Source: [Eubacterium] saphenum (GTDB lineage Bacteria; Bacillota; Clostridia; Oscillospirales; Ruminococcaceae). From it: a stretch of DNA of 55,880 nucleotides. The DNA is taken from contig SFLN01000016.1 of NCBI GenBank assembly GCA_004554555.1, forward strand, positions 1 through 55,880, read 5' to 3'. Below, piece after piece: positions 10,233 to 19,129 of the stretch (the stretch's first letter is position 1; each line of letters opens with the position of its first letter). Under the pieces are notes generated by a model that had not been told where the DNA came from, did no database searches, and was given only the letters and a program-made list of their open reading frames with translations. The translations under genes were made by a program, and so were the position numbers.

Positions 10233-10847
10233 GTGGCGGAGCAGATTTTCCCGACGAAGGGAAACTTGATTAAGGTGAAGCGGTCGCTGAATCAGGCGAT
10301 GCTTGGCTACGAGCTGATGGACAGGAAGCGGAGCATACTTGTGCGGGAGATGGTAGCTCTCACGGACGAGGCGCGGCAGCTGCGCTCGGGGATTGACAGC
10401 ACGTTTTCCGAAGCTTACACGGCGCTGCGAAACGCGAATATAACGCTCGGCGTGGTATCGACGGCTGCGGATTGTATTCCTGTGGAGGATTCGCTGTCGC
10501 TGTCGTCGAGGTCGGTTATGGGAGTGGAGCTGCCGAAAGTGAACGCGCAAATTCGCCCGCCGGAGGAGCCGTGCTATCCGATGACGGAAACCGGCTCGGA
10601 GTTCGACAAGGCTTACATCTGCTTTAACAAGGTGAAGGAGCTTACGGTGCGGCTTGCGGAGCTTGAGAACAGCGTTTATCGGCTTGCGGTTGCGATTAAG
10701 AAAACGCAGAAGCGGCGGAACGCGCTCAAGAATATAATGATACCGAAGTTTGAGCAGCAGGTGCGGTTTATCACGAACGCGCTTGAGGAGAAGGAGCGCG
10801 AGGAGTTCTCGCGGCAGAAGGTTATCAAGAAACGCAAGGTTAAATAG
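10233..10847 (+). CDS. ntpD: V/A-type ATPase subunit D
   Basis: PTKGNL, KKTQKRRNAL and LEEKEREEF motifs; GTG start. Confidence 0.96.
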   Translation: MAEQIFPTKGNLIKVKRSLNQAMLGYELMDRKRSILVREMVALTDEARQLRSGIDSTFSEAYTALRNANITLGVVSTAADCIPVEDSLSLSSRSVMGVELPKVNAQIRPPEEPCYPMTETGSEFDKAYICFNKVKELTVRLAELENSVYRLAVAIKKTQKRRNALKNIMIPKFEQQVRFITNALEEKEREEFSRQKVIKKRKVK

Positions 10848-10854
10848 AAATAAG

Positions 10855-10886
10855 AAACCCGAGGAGTTGGACTTCTCGGGTTTTTT
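10855..10886 (+). terminator. Intrinsic terminator of the ATPase operon
   Basis: AAACCCGAGGAGT-TGG-ACTTCTCGGGTTT stem running into a T tract, just after the ntpD stop. Confidence 0.85.
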
Positions 10887-10949
10887 GGTATTCTTAGTTG
10901 GGTGGTGATGCGTATTTTCGAGTTGCCGAGCATTACCGCAGATGCTGCT

Positions 10950-11400
10950 TTGCGAAGCGCGCGGGCGATTTTTCGGGCATCGAACCCGAAAAATCGCGCG
11001 TTTTTGGAAAACGAAGTTTTTCAAAAACGCGGTTAGCCTCATGCTTTTATTGTGGAGCTTGCTTTGCGGTCTACGCGCTCGGCGATTTCGGCGGCGTCGA
11101 ACCGCCGAAATCGCGCGTTTTTGTCGGCTGAAAGCCTCCAAAAACGCTTGGGGAACACCCCTCGGGGTTTTCCCCAAACCCTTTTCCTCAAAGGGGGGAA
11201 ACTCTTGTTTCCCCATAATAAAGCGGATTTTTGCGTAAGCAAAAAACGCAAAGAGGAAAACGAAGTTTTCCTCAAGCCCTTTGCGCTTGCTAACGCGTTT
11301 TGTCGCTTCGCTCCAGTGCCTTCGGCGACCAAAAAACTTTTTCTGAAGAAAAAGTTTTCTGGACTTTCAAAAAGACTTTTGTTAGTGCACCGCGAAGCGA
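10950..11400. repeat. Mosaic palindromic intergenic repeat locus 2 (between convergent ntpD and rel)
   Basis: 33-bp hairpins at 10965-10997 and 11082-11114 with adjacent inverted repeats, a G/C-run hairpin at about 11147-11180, a 99-bp block (11200-11298) identical to the reverse complement of 33388-33486, and a TTTTTC-TGAA-GAAAAA hairpin at 11329-11362. Confidence 0.9.
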
Positions 11401-11446
11401 AAAGGGTGCAAGTATGACGTGCTTGCACGTCATCTGGTCACGCTGC

Positions 11447-13618
11447 TTACTGCTTTCCCGTTCTGTCCGCAGAAATCACGCCCGGTATTTTCCGCAGCCG
11501 CAAAATCACATTCCCAAGCTGCTCCACTCCCGCAATCTCAATGGTAATCACAAGATTCGTGTTCCCGTTCTTCAAGCGGTGCATATTCATCTCGTGCATC
11601 GGAATATGATTCGCCGCAATCGCCGCCGTTATATCCGCGATAACCGACGACGTCTGCTCCGCGATAATGTCAATCGTCGCGCGGTAAGACGCGTCGTCCG
11701 CGCCCGCCCACGACGCCTTTATCCACCGCTCGCGGTTCTCCTCGCTGTCCATATTGTTCAGCACGTTCACGCAGTCCTGCTTGTGTATCGATACGCCAAA
11801 ACCGCGCGTCACAAAGCCGATTATCGGGTCACCGGGCAGCGGGTTGCAGCACTGCGCGAACTTAATCAGGCAGTTGTCCACGCCCTCGACAATAACACCT
11901 TTTTTGCGGCTGCGCTGGTTGGTCTGCTCGATGTTTTCATCGCTCGTCATCAGCACGGGTGCTGCCGCCTGCGCTCTTGCTTGGCTGTCCTTAATTCTTT
12001 GGATAATCTTGGTTGTGGCAACGCCGCCGTAGCCTACCGCCGCGAACAAATCGTCAACCGAGTCAACGTGCGCCCGCTGAGCCGATTCCTTTAGAATATC
12101 CTCGTCAAACGGGATTGCGTTGCGCTTAAACTCGCGTTCAAGCTCTTCCTTGCCGCGCTCAATGTTCTCGTCGCGGCGCTCGCGCTTGAACCACGAACGG
12201 ATTTTCGCCTTTGCTTCGGTTGTTTTGGCGATGTTCAGCCAGTTCCGGTTCGGACCGTAATTCGGTGAACCGCTTGTGAAAATCTCGACGATATCGCCCG
12301 TCTTGACCTGATAATCAAACGGCACCATTCGTCCGCCAACCTTTGCGCCGGTCATTTTGTTGCCGACCTCGGAGTGCACGGCGTAGGCAAAATCGATGAC
12401 GTTTGCACCGAGCGGAAGTGTGAAAATATCGCCCTTCGGCGAGAACACAAACACCTCGTCCTGCGACAAATCGTTTTTGATTGCCTCGGTTATCTGTTCT
12501 ACATCATCGCTTTCCTGCTGACGTTCGAGTAGCTGTCTAATCCAGTCAAAGCGCTTTTCACCCGCAACGTTGCCTTTAAGACCGGCTTTGTACTTCCAGT
12601 GAGCTGCGATACCGTACTGCGCGGTGTTGTGCATTTCAACGGTTCTGATTTGCACCTCAAACGGGATTCCCTCTTTGCCGATAACGGTCGTGTGAAGCGA
12701 TTGATAACGGTTAGGCTTTGGGGTTGCGATATAGTCCTTGAAGCGGTAGGGAAGCGGGTTGAAGAGGTCGTGGATAACGCCGAGCACGTTGTAGCACTCG
12801 ATGACGGTCTGCACGATAATCCGCACCGCATAGATGTCGTAAATCTCATCGAACGGCTTGTTCTTGAGGTACATTTTCTTGTAGATGCTGTACACCGATT
12901 TGACACGTCCTTCGATAATGGGCGGCGGGTCGATATCGGTGATGCGCTCGCGGATGCGCGCGATAATTTTGCCGATGAAGGTATCGCGCTCTTCCTTGTG
13001 CAGGTCGAGAAGCCGTTCAACTTCCTGCGCACCGTAAGGGTCGAGGTAGTGAATAGCAATAGTCTCCATCTCGTCCTTGACGTCGCTCATACCTAGACGG
13101 TGAGCGATAGGCGCGTAGAAATTCATCGTTTCGAGAGAGGTTTTGCGTTGTTTTTCGGGAGGGCGCGCGTAGAGGGTGCGCATATTGTGGAGGCGGTCGG
13201 CGAGCTTGATGATGATGACGCGGATATCCTTGCTCATCGCCATAAGGATTTTGCGGATATTTTCAGCGTGCTGTTCCTCTTTGGAGTTGAGGGGAACCTT
13301 ACCGATTTTGGTGACTCCGTCCACGAGCAGGGCAACGTCGTCGCCGAACTTTTTGCGGATTTCCTCCAAATCGATATCGGTATCCTCAACGACGTCGTGG
13401 AGGAGGGCGGCGCAGATGGTATCGGTGTCCATGAAGTAGTCCATCAAAATCATCGCGACGGAGAGGGGATGGGTGATGTATTTTTCGCCCGAGGAGCGCA
13501 TTTGACCGCTATGAGCCTTGTCGGCGAGGTCGTAGGCGCGGCGGATTTTGTCCGCGTCGTATTGTTTGTCGGCGTCGATAACGCGCTGCATTAAGTCGTC
13601 GATTGTTACATTTTCCAT
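11447..13618 (-). CDS. relA: Bifunctional (p)ppGpp synthetase/hydrolase Rel
   Basis: HD motif LLHDVVEDT, synthetase motifs GRVK, RFKD and EVQIRT, TGS and ACT domains; ATG 13618 preferred over 13687. Confidence 0.97.
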   Translation of the reverse strand: MENVTIDDLMQRVIDADKQYDADKIRRAYDLADKAHSGQMRSSGEKYITHPLSVAMILMDYFMDTDTICAALLHDVVEDTDIDLEEIRKKFGDDVALLVDGVTKIGKVPLNSKEEQHAENIRKILMAMSKDIRVIIIKLADRLHNMRTLYARPPEKQRKTSLETMNFYAPIAHRLGMSDVKDEMETIAIHYLDPYGAQEVERLLDLHKEERDTFIGKIIARIRERITDIDPPPIIEGRVKSVYSIYKKMYLKNKPFDEIYDIYAVRIIVQTVIECYNVLGVIHDLFNPLPYRFKDYIATPKPNRYQSLHTTVIGKEGIPFEVQIRTVEMHNTAQYGIAAHWKYKAGLKGNVAGEKRFDWIRQLLERQQESDDVEQITEAIKNDLSQDEVFVFSPKGDIFTLPLGANVIDFAYAVHSEVGNKMTGAKVGGRMVPFDYQVKTGDIVEIFTSGSPNYGPNRNWLNIAKTTEAKAKIRSWFKRERRDENIERGKEELEREFKRNAIPFDEDILKESAQRAHVDSVDDLFAAVGYGGVATTKIIQRIKDSQARAQAAAPVLMTSDENIEQTNQRSRKKGVIVEGVDNCLIKFAQCCNPLPGDPIIGFVTRGFGVSIHKQDCVNVLNNMDSEENRERWIKASWAGADDASYRATIDIIAEQTSSVIADITAAIAANHIPMHEMNMHRLKNGNTNLVITIEIAGVEQLGNVILRLRKIPGVISADRTGKQ

Positions 13619-13684
13619 AAAATCACTTCCAAAAAACAGAATAGGGTAATGCTGAACAGTCTTTCCCGCAAAGTTGTAATTAAG

Positions 13685-14035
13685 CATCGCGTAGCGCTTA
13701 AAGTCTTTTTGGAGGTCAAGGAACCTTTTTCTTCAGAAAAAGGTTCTTTGCCGCCGGAGGCACTCGGCGCGAAGCGCCGCACTCGCGGCGAAGCCGCGCA
13801 AACGCGTTCAAAAGCGCTAAAGGGGGTCTGGGGGGAGAAACGCATTTAGCGTTTCTAGAAACGAAGAGTTTTTCCCCCAGAGGAAAGGGGCTTGGGGGAA
13901 ACCCCGAGGGGTTTCCCCCAAGCAAATTTTCCGACTCGATGTCGGAAAATTTGCCCGCGTTTGCGTGAAACGGAGTTTCACGCAAACGCGCGATTTCGGC
14001 GGCTCGACGCCGCCGAAATCGCTGAGAGCGCGTAA
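13685..14035. repeat. Mosaic palindromic intergenic repeat locus 3 (recJ-rel junction)
   Basis: Hairpin at 13717-13750 plus CCGCCGGAGGC, GCGAAGC hairpins, G/C-run hairpin at 13890-13923, 33-bp hairpins at 13922-13954 and 13990-14022, perfect 16-bp stem at 13956-13990. Confidence 0.9.
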
Positions 14036-14119
14036 ATATCAGAGTAAGTTCCGAGGTAAAAGCAGGCTCAAACCGCCTGTCAAGCGTCCTCGCGTGCTGT
14101 CGGGTGAATTTGCCCGAAA

Positions 14120-16129
14120 TCAAGTCCCGCTCTCAGCAAGCCTAGCCAAAATCCCCTCTTTGAACAAGTCGCGTTTTTCCTTCGCGGGAACGAGCCGCGC
14201 GCGCTCGCCGTCAAACTGAGCCAAATTCGCCTCGCAGAAGGCGGTGACGGCGATTTTGAGCATACAGTAGTTCACCGAGCCGTTGAAAACCGCGAGCTGT
14301 TCGAGGGTGAGGCGACCGTTGTTCTTCCGCAGCAGGTCGTAGATTTTCATCAAATCCTCGCGGCTTTGCGGGACAATTCTCGGCAGCAGCCGCTTGTCGA
14401 AGTCCTCGCCGCGCAAAATCGCGTCGGAAACGCGTTTCGCGGCGAAAAATCTGTCCTCGCGGAAGCCTGTCGGGCGGTAGTCGAGCAGCTTGAGCTGAAC
14501 GCTTTTATTGTCGTTGTATTCGTTGATTTCGGCGTGCGCGATGATGTCGATTTTATCGCCCGTTTCCGCGGCAAAATCGCTGTAACTTATCTTGAACGAA
14601 ACCGCGCGGAAAGCCGAGTTCCCGTTCTTGACGTCGAGCGATATGTACTTGCCGTCCTTGAGCGGGCGCTTCTCCTTAATCTCGCAGTTTTCAAGCAGGA
14701 ACACGGGCTTCGCAAAGCCCTCGCCAAGCGGCTCCAGACGGTTCAGCGACTCGATATTTCCAACGGTGAGCATTTTTCCCGTCACGCGCAAATCCGCATA
14801 AAGCTCGGCTTCGGGCATTTTCGGGTAATGCGCCGCGGCGTACTCCTCGATTTTTTGCTTGAACTCGCCGATTTCGTCAGCCTTGACAGAAAAACCGCCC
14901 GCCAGCGGGTGACCGCCGAACTTTTTGAGATACGCGGAGCAGTGGTTGAGCAGACCGTAAATCGAGAAGTTCCCGACGCTTCGACACGAGCCGCGCCCCT
15001 CGCCGTTTTCGATTGCGACAACAATTGTCGGCTTTCCGTATTTCTCGACAATTTTCGAGCAGACAATGCCGATAACGCCCGCTTTCCAGCCCTCACCCGC
15101 GAGAAAAATCACGCGTTTTGTGAGAATGGACGGGTCATTGGCAATTTGCTTTTGTATACCATCGGTGATTTTCTGCTCGATTTCGCGCCGTTTTGCGTTC
15201 AGCTGGACAATATTTTCGCAAAGCCGCGCGGTTTCCCCCTCGCCCTTTGCCAGCAGCAGCCGAACCGCTTTATCGGCTTTTTCAACGCGTCCCGCCGAGT
15301 TTATCGCGGGGCAGATTTTGAACGAGATATCGGACGCGGTGAGATTTTTCGGGGAAAGTCCCGCGGAGTAAACCAGCTTTTTCAAGCCTTCGTTGCCCGC
15401 GTGCTTCAGCGCCTCAAGTCCCTTTTTCACGATTAAACGGTTTTCACCGCGAAGCGGCATTACATCGCCGATTGTGCCGACCATAGCCAAATCCGCGTAG
15501 TTTTCGAGGATATAGTCCTTGTCCTCCTCGAGCGCGCAGAGCAGCTTCAGCACAACTCCCGCGCCGCACAAATCCTTGAACTGCGAGTAATCGTCGGCGC
15601 GGTTCGGGTTAACGCACGCGTCGCACACGGGAAGCGTTTCGCCGGGCTGATGGTGGTCGGCGATAACGAGCTTCACGCCGTGGCTCTTGATAAACTCGGC
15701 TTCCTCGAGCGCATTCACGCCGTTGTCAACCGTGATGATAAGCTGCGTGCCGCCGGAGATGATTTTTTGCAGCGCGGGAATGTTCATTCCAAAGCCCTCG
15801 GAGCGGTCGGGAATGTAGTAGTCAACCTCCGCGCCGAGCGAGTCGAGGTAGCTGTACATCATCACGGTGCTTGTCACGCCGTCGCAGTCGTAGTCGCCGA
15901 AAACCGTGATTTTGTCGCCGTTTTCGAGCGACTCCGTGATAACCTCAACCGCCTTTTCGATATCCGCAGGCAGCGGCTCTTCCATAAACTCACCATCACC
16001 GAACAGCTTCTCGGCAGCTTTTTTCGTGTGAATTCCGCGCGCGGACAGAATTTTTCCGAGGAAATTTCCGTATTCCGCGCAGATTTCCTCATCGGCAAAT
16101 TCAGCCGCGGGAACAATCCATTTTCTCAA
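14120..16129 (-). CDS. recJ: Single-stranded-DNA exonuclease RecJ
   Basis: GDYDCDG, TVDNG, DHH, GRGSCRS and FGGH motifs; TTG start whose RBS overlaps the purB stop. Confidence 0.95.
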   Translation of the reverse strand: MRKWIVPAAEFADEEICAEYGNFLGKILSARGIHTKKAAEKLFGDGEFMEEPLPADIEKAVEVITESLENGDKITVFGDYDCDGVTSTVMMYSYLDSLGAEVDYYIPDRSEGFGMNIPALQKIISGGTQLIITVDNGVNALEEAEFIKSHGVKLVIADHHQPGETLPVCDACVNPNRADDYSQFKDLCGAGVVLKLLCALEEDKDYILENYADLAMVGTIGDVMPLRGENRLIVKKGLEALKHAGNEGLKKLVYSAGLSPKNLTASDISFKICPAINSAGRVEKADKAVRLLLAKGEGETARLCENIVQLNAKRREIEQKITDGIQKQIANDPSILTKRVIFLAGEGWKAGVIGIVCSKIVEKYGKPTIVVAIENGEGRGSCRSVGNFSIYGLLNHCSAYLKKFGGHPLAGGFSVKADEIGEFKQKIEEYAAAHYPKMPEAELYADLRVTGKMLTVGNIESLNRLEPLGEGFAKPVFLLENCEIKEKRPLKDGKYISLDVKNGNSAFRAVSFKISYSDFAAETGDKIDIIAHAEINEYNDNKSVQLKLLDYRPTGFREDRFFAAKRVSDAILRGEDFDKRLLPRIVPQSREDLMKIYDLLRKNNGRLTLEQLAVFNGSVNYCMLKIAVTAFCEANLAQFDGERARLVPAKEKRDLFKEGILARLAESGT

Positions 16130-16140
16130 ATTTTTTCTCC

Positions 16141-17577
16141 TTAAACGCTAAGCTCCGCCTTTTCACCGAGCAAATCCTTGTTCTCGTCAAGAATGGGCTG
16201 AATGAAGTCGCGCAGGAACTCCTCAACCTGCTCGGGAGCACGTCCGACATAAAGCTCGGGGCGCAGAACCGCTTCGATTTCCTCTTTGGTGATGTTAAAC
16301 ATCGGGTCTGCGGCAATTCTGTCCACAAGGTCGTTTTCGCCGCCTTCTCTCATCTTCTGCGCGGCAGCCTGCGAGTGGGTGCGAAGCTCCTCGTGGAGCT
16401 GCTGGCGGTTTCCGCCGTTTTCGACAACCTTCATCATAATGTTCTCGGTCGCCATAAACGGCAGCTTCGTCATCAGACGGCGCTTCACCATTTCGGGATA
16501 AACCTCGATACCATCGGTTACGTTCATCATAATGTTCAAAATCGCGTCAACGCCGAGGAAGCTCTCGGCAACGGAAATGCGTTTGTTTGCGCTGTCATCG
16601 AGCGTTCTCTCAAACCACTGCGTGCCTGCGGTGAAAGCGGGGTTGAGCGAGTCAATCATAACGTAGCGCGCAAGCGAGGTTATTCTCTCGGAGCGCATAG
16701 GATTGCGCTTGTATGGCATTGCCGAGGAGCCGATTTGGTTCTTTTCAAACGGCTCGCCCATTTCCTCAAAGCTCTGCAAAATGCGCATATCGTTCGAGAA
16801 TTTCGAGCAGCTCTGCGCGATACCCGAAAGGGTGGCAAGAACCTGCGAGTCAACCTTGCGCGAGTAGGTTTGTCCGCTCACGGGAACGCACTCGGTGAAG
16901 CCCATTTCCTCGGCAATCATTTTTTCGAGCTGCTTGATTTTCGCGGAGTCGCCGTGGAACAGCTCAACAAACGAAGCCTGCGTTCCTGTCGTGCCCTTTT
17001 GACCGAGGAGCTTGAGGGACTTTATGCGATAATCAACCTCTTCATAATCCATCAGCAGCTCGTTTATCCAGAGTGTTGCGCGCTTGCCGACGGTAGTGGG
17101 CTGAGCGGGCTGGAGGTGGGTGTAAGCCATGCAGGGCATATCTTTGTACTGCTCGGCAAATTTCGCGAGATTTGCGATAACGTTGACGAGCTTTTTCTTG
17201 ACGAGAAGAAGCGCGTCGCGCATGATGATGATATCGGTGTTGTCGCCGACGTAGCAGGAGGTTGCGCCGAGGTGGATGATGCCGGCGGCGTTGGGGCATT
17301 GCTGACCGTAGGCGTAGACGTGGGACATGACGTCGTGGCGGACAACTTTTTCGCGGGCTTCGGCGACGTCATAGTTGATGTCGTTGACGTGGGCTTCGAG
17401 CTCCTTGACCTGGTCTTCGGTGATGGAGAGACCGAGCTTCATTTCACCGCGGGCGAGGGCAACCCAGAGCTTGCGCCAAGTTGTAAACTTCTTGTCAGCC
17501 GAGAAGATGTATTGCATTTCGGGGCTGGCGTAGCGGGTGCAGAAGGGGCTTTCGTAGGAATTGTAATTTTTTGACAT
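16141..17577 (-). CDS. purB: Adenylosuccinate lyase
   Basis: RHDVM, HLGATS, THLQPAQ and the signature SSAMPYKRNP. Confidence 0.97.
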   Translation of the reverse strand: MSKNYNSYESPFCTRYASPEMQYIFSADKKFTTWRKLWVALARGEMKLGLSITEDQVKELEAHVNDINYDVAEAREKVVRHDVMSHVYAYGQQCPNAAGIIHLGATSCYVGDNTDIIIMRDALLLVKKKLVNVIANLAKFAEQYKDMPCMAYTHLQPAQPTTVGKRATLWINELLMDYEEVDYRIKSLKLLGQKGTTGTQASFVELFHGDSAKIKQLEKMIAEEMGFTECVPVSGQTYSRKVDSQVLATLSGIAQSCSKFSNDMRILQSFEEMGEPFEKNQIGSSAMPYKRNPMRSERITSLARYVMIDSLNPAFTAGTQWFERTLDDSANKRISVAESFLGVDAILNIMMNVTDGIEVYPEMVKRRLMTKLPFMATENIMMKVVENGGNRQQLHEELRTHSQAAAQKMREGGENDLVDRIAADPMFNITKEEIEAVLRPELYVGRAPEQVEEFLRDFIQPILDENKDLLGEKAELSV

Positions 17578-17654
17578 AGGTTTTTATCTCCTTAAAATTA
17601 TTAACGAAGTTGGGCTTTTTGCAGATTTGACACGGAACATCTCGCAAAGCTTTA

Positions 17655-17900
17655 ATCGAGCACGCGAAGCCTTAAAGTCTTTTTGGAGTTCTTAGAACCT
17701 TTTTCTTCAGAAAAAGGTTCTAAGCCGCCGGAGGCACTCGGCGCGAAGCGCCGCCACTCGCGGCGAAGCCGCGCAAACGCGGAGCGAAGCGACGCGATAT
17801 ACGCCCCAAAAGCGCTAAAGGGGTTTGGGGGAAAACAAGAGTTTTCCCCCAAGCGATTTCGTCGGCTCGATGCCGACGAAATCGCCCGAGAGCGCGTAAA
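17655..17900. repeat. Mosaic palindromic intergenic repeat locus 4 (upstream of purB)
   Basis: Hairpin at 17691-17724 plus CCGCCGGAGGCACTCGGCGCGAAGCGCC (near-identical to locus 3), G/C-run hairpin at about 17825-17853, 33-bp hairpin at 17853-17885. Confidence 0.9.
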
Positions 17901-18010
17901 GATGAAATCGAGTTTCTCAAACGTTCTAGGCAACGTAACTCTCCGAAAAAAGCGGATAATCGCGCAAAGCGTGCAGTTGAACAAAAAACGAGCCAAAAAC
18001 ACTCTTCTTT

Positions 18011-18039
18011 ATTTTACCACAATCGACACTTTATTACAA
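18011..18039 (-). promoter_or_regulatory. Candidate SigA promoter for purB-recJ-rel
   Basis: TTGTAA-17 bp-TAAAAT with a TG extension, minus strand, just downstream of the cwlD terminator. Confidence 0.5.
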
Positions 18040-18070
18040 GTATGATTTTACGCGTTTAGTATAAATATAC

Positions 18071-18100
18071 AAAAAACTCCGCGTATCGGGCGGAGCTTTT
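18071..18100 (-). terminator. Intrinsic terminator after the amidase gene
   Basis: Minus strand CTCCGC-CCGATAC-GCGGAG followed by T6. Confidence 0.7.
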
Positions 18101-18127
18101 GTGATAATTTTCAATAATTCCCAAGAG

Positions 18128-18937
18128 TTAATCCTCGGAAAGCTCGGGTTTTTCGGCAAAATCATCGGCGCTTTCACCAAAATCTTCCTCATCGTCATCG
18201 GAGATGTCCGCGAATTCATCGGGCTTCTCGGCGATTTCGTCAAGGTATTCCATAACGCCGCCGTAAATTGTGAAGGCAACCTTCTGCTGATACTCCTTCG
18301 TGGAGAGCTTCTGCTCCTCGTCGGGGTTGGAGAGGAAGCCGCATTCTATCATCAGCGAGGGGTTCTTGTTGGATTTGAGCAGGAACAGTTCATCGCCCGA
18401 GAGCTTGATTTCGCGGTCGTTGCCGGGCTGCAAATCCGCGAAGCGCCGCTGCATAATCTGCGCGAGAGTGCGGTTGTCGGGGTTGTTATTGTTGTAGAAC
18501 ATCTGCCCGCCGAAGTACTGCGGGTCGGTGAAGTTGTTCTGGTGAATGCAAAGGAAAATGCTGTCGGGGTGGCTCTGGATAATCTTGAGGCGGTTATCCA
18601 TATCGTTGAGCTTTTGGTTGCGGATTCCCTCAATGCCGGGGTCGTAAATCGAGATGTCCTCGTCACGCGTGAGGACAACCTCAAAGCCCGACATCTCCAG
18701 CATATCGCGCAAATCCAGCACAACGGCAAGATTTACGTCCTTTTCAAGCACGCCGCTTTGCCCGACCGCGCCCGAGTCCAAGCCGCCGTGACCCGCGTCC
18801 AGCACAATCACGGGCTTTTGCGCGGCGGGAGCTGCCACGGGGAGCGCGCTCTCGGTAATTCTTGCGCTGACGGCAAGCAGCGCGAAACAGCCTATCATAG
18901 AAAGCGTGAGCTTTAGGGATTTTTTGTTTAGTTTCAT
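18128..18937 (-). CDS. cwlD: N-acetylmuramoyl-L-alanine amidase, CwlD-like (Amidase_3)
   Basis: N-terminal signal anchor, LDAGHGG, EKDVNL, IHQN and IECGFLSN motifs; CwlD subfamily assignment is from these motifs only. Confidence 0.82.
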   Translation of the reverse strand: MKLNKKSLKLTLSMIGCFALLAVSARITESALPVAAPAAQKPVIVLDAGHGGLDSGAVGQSGVLEKDVNLAVVLDLRDMLEMSGFEVVLTRDEDISIYDPGIEGIRNQKLNDMDNRLKIIQSHPDSIFLCIHQNNFTDPQYFGGQMFYNNNNPDNRTLAQIMQRRFADLQPGNDREIKLSGDELFLLKSNKNPSLMIECGFLSNPDEEQKLSTKEYQQKVAFTIYGGVMEYLDEIAEKPDEFADISDDDEEDFGESADDFAEKPELSED

Positions 18938-18969
18938 TCGGAACGCTCCTTTGCGGTACTTTTTGTCCT

Positions 18970-18998
18970 ATTTTATTAGGGCTTTTCCGATTTTAGAA
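18970..18998 (-). promoter_or_regulatory. Candidate sporulation SigE-type promoter of cwlD
   Basis: TTCTAAA-14 bp-AATAAAAT on the minus strand, resembling the SigE consensus and spacing; cwlD is SigE-controlled in Bacillus subtilis. Confidence 0.35.
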
Positions 18999-19052
18999 CG
19001 CTTTTCCCGAAAAATTCACGAAAAGTGTTCCCGCCGAGATTGCAAAAACCCC

Positions 19053-19080
19053 TTGACTTTTTCCCAAAATAAGTTATAAT
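19053..19080 (+). promoter_or_regulatory. SigA-type promoter of alaS
   Basis: TTGACT-16 bp-TATAAT, 50 bp upstream of the ATG. Confidence 0.7.
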
Positions 19081-19129
19081 AGAAGTGTATGTTTTAATGC
19101 AAATCTAAAATGATTGTGAGGACAAAAAA

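Noticed and set aside
13619..13687. N-terminal extensions of rel, and likewise of the PBP (36500), murF (40500) and ftsZ (50085) ORFs
   Set aside because: Downstream starts have better RBS and match family N-termini; the extensions run through intergenic or upstream-gene sequence
17578..18010. Purine riboswitch or PurR-type leader upstream of purB
   Set aside because: No purine riboswitch core is recognisable; the structure is explained by the repeat modules found at unrelated loci
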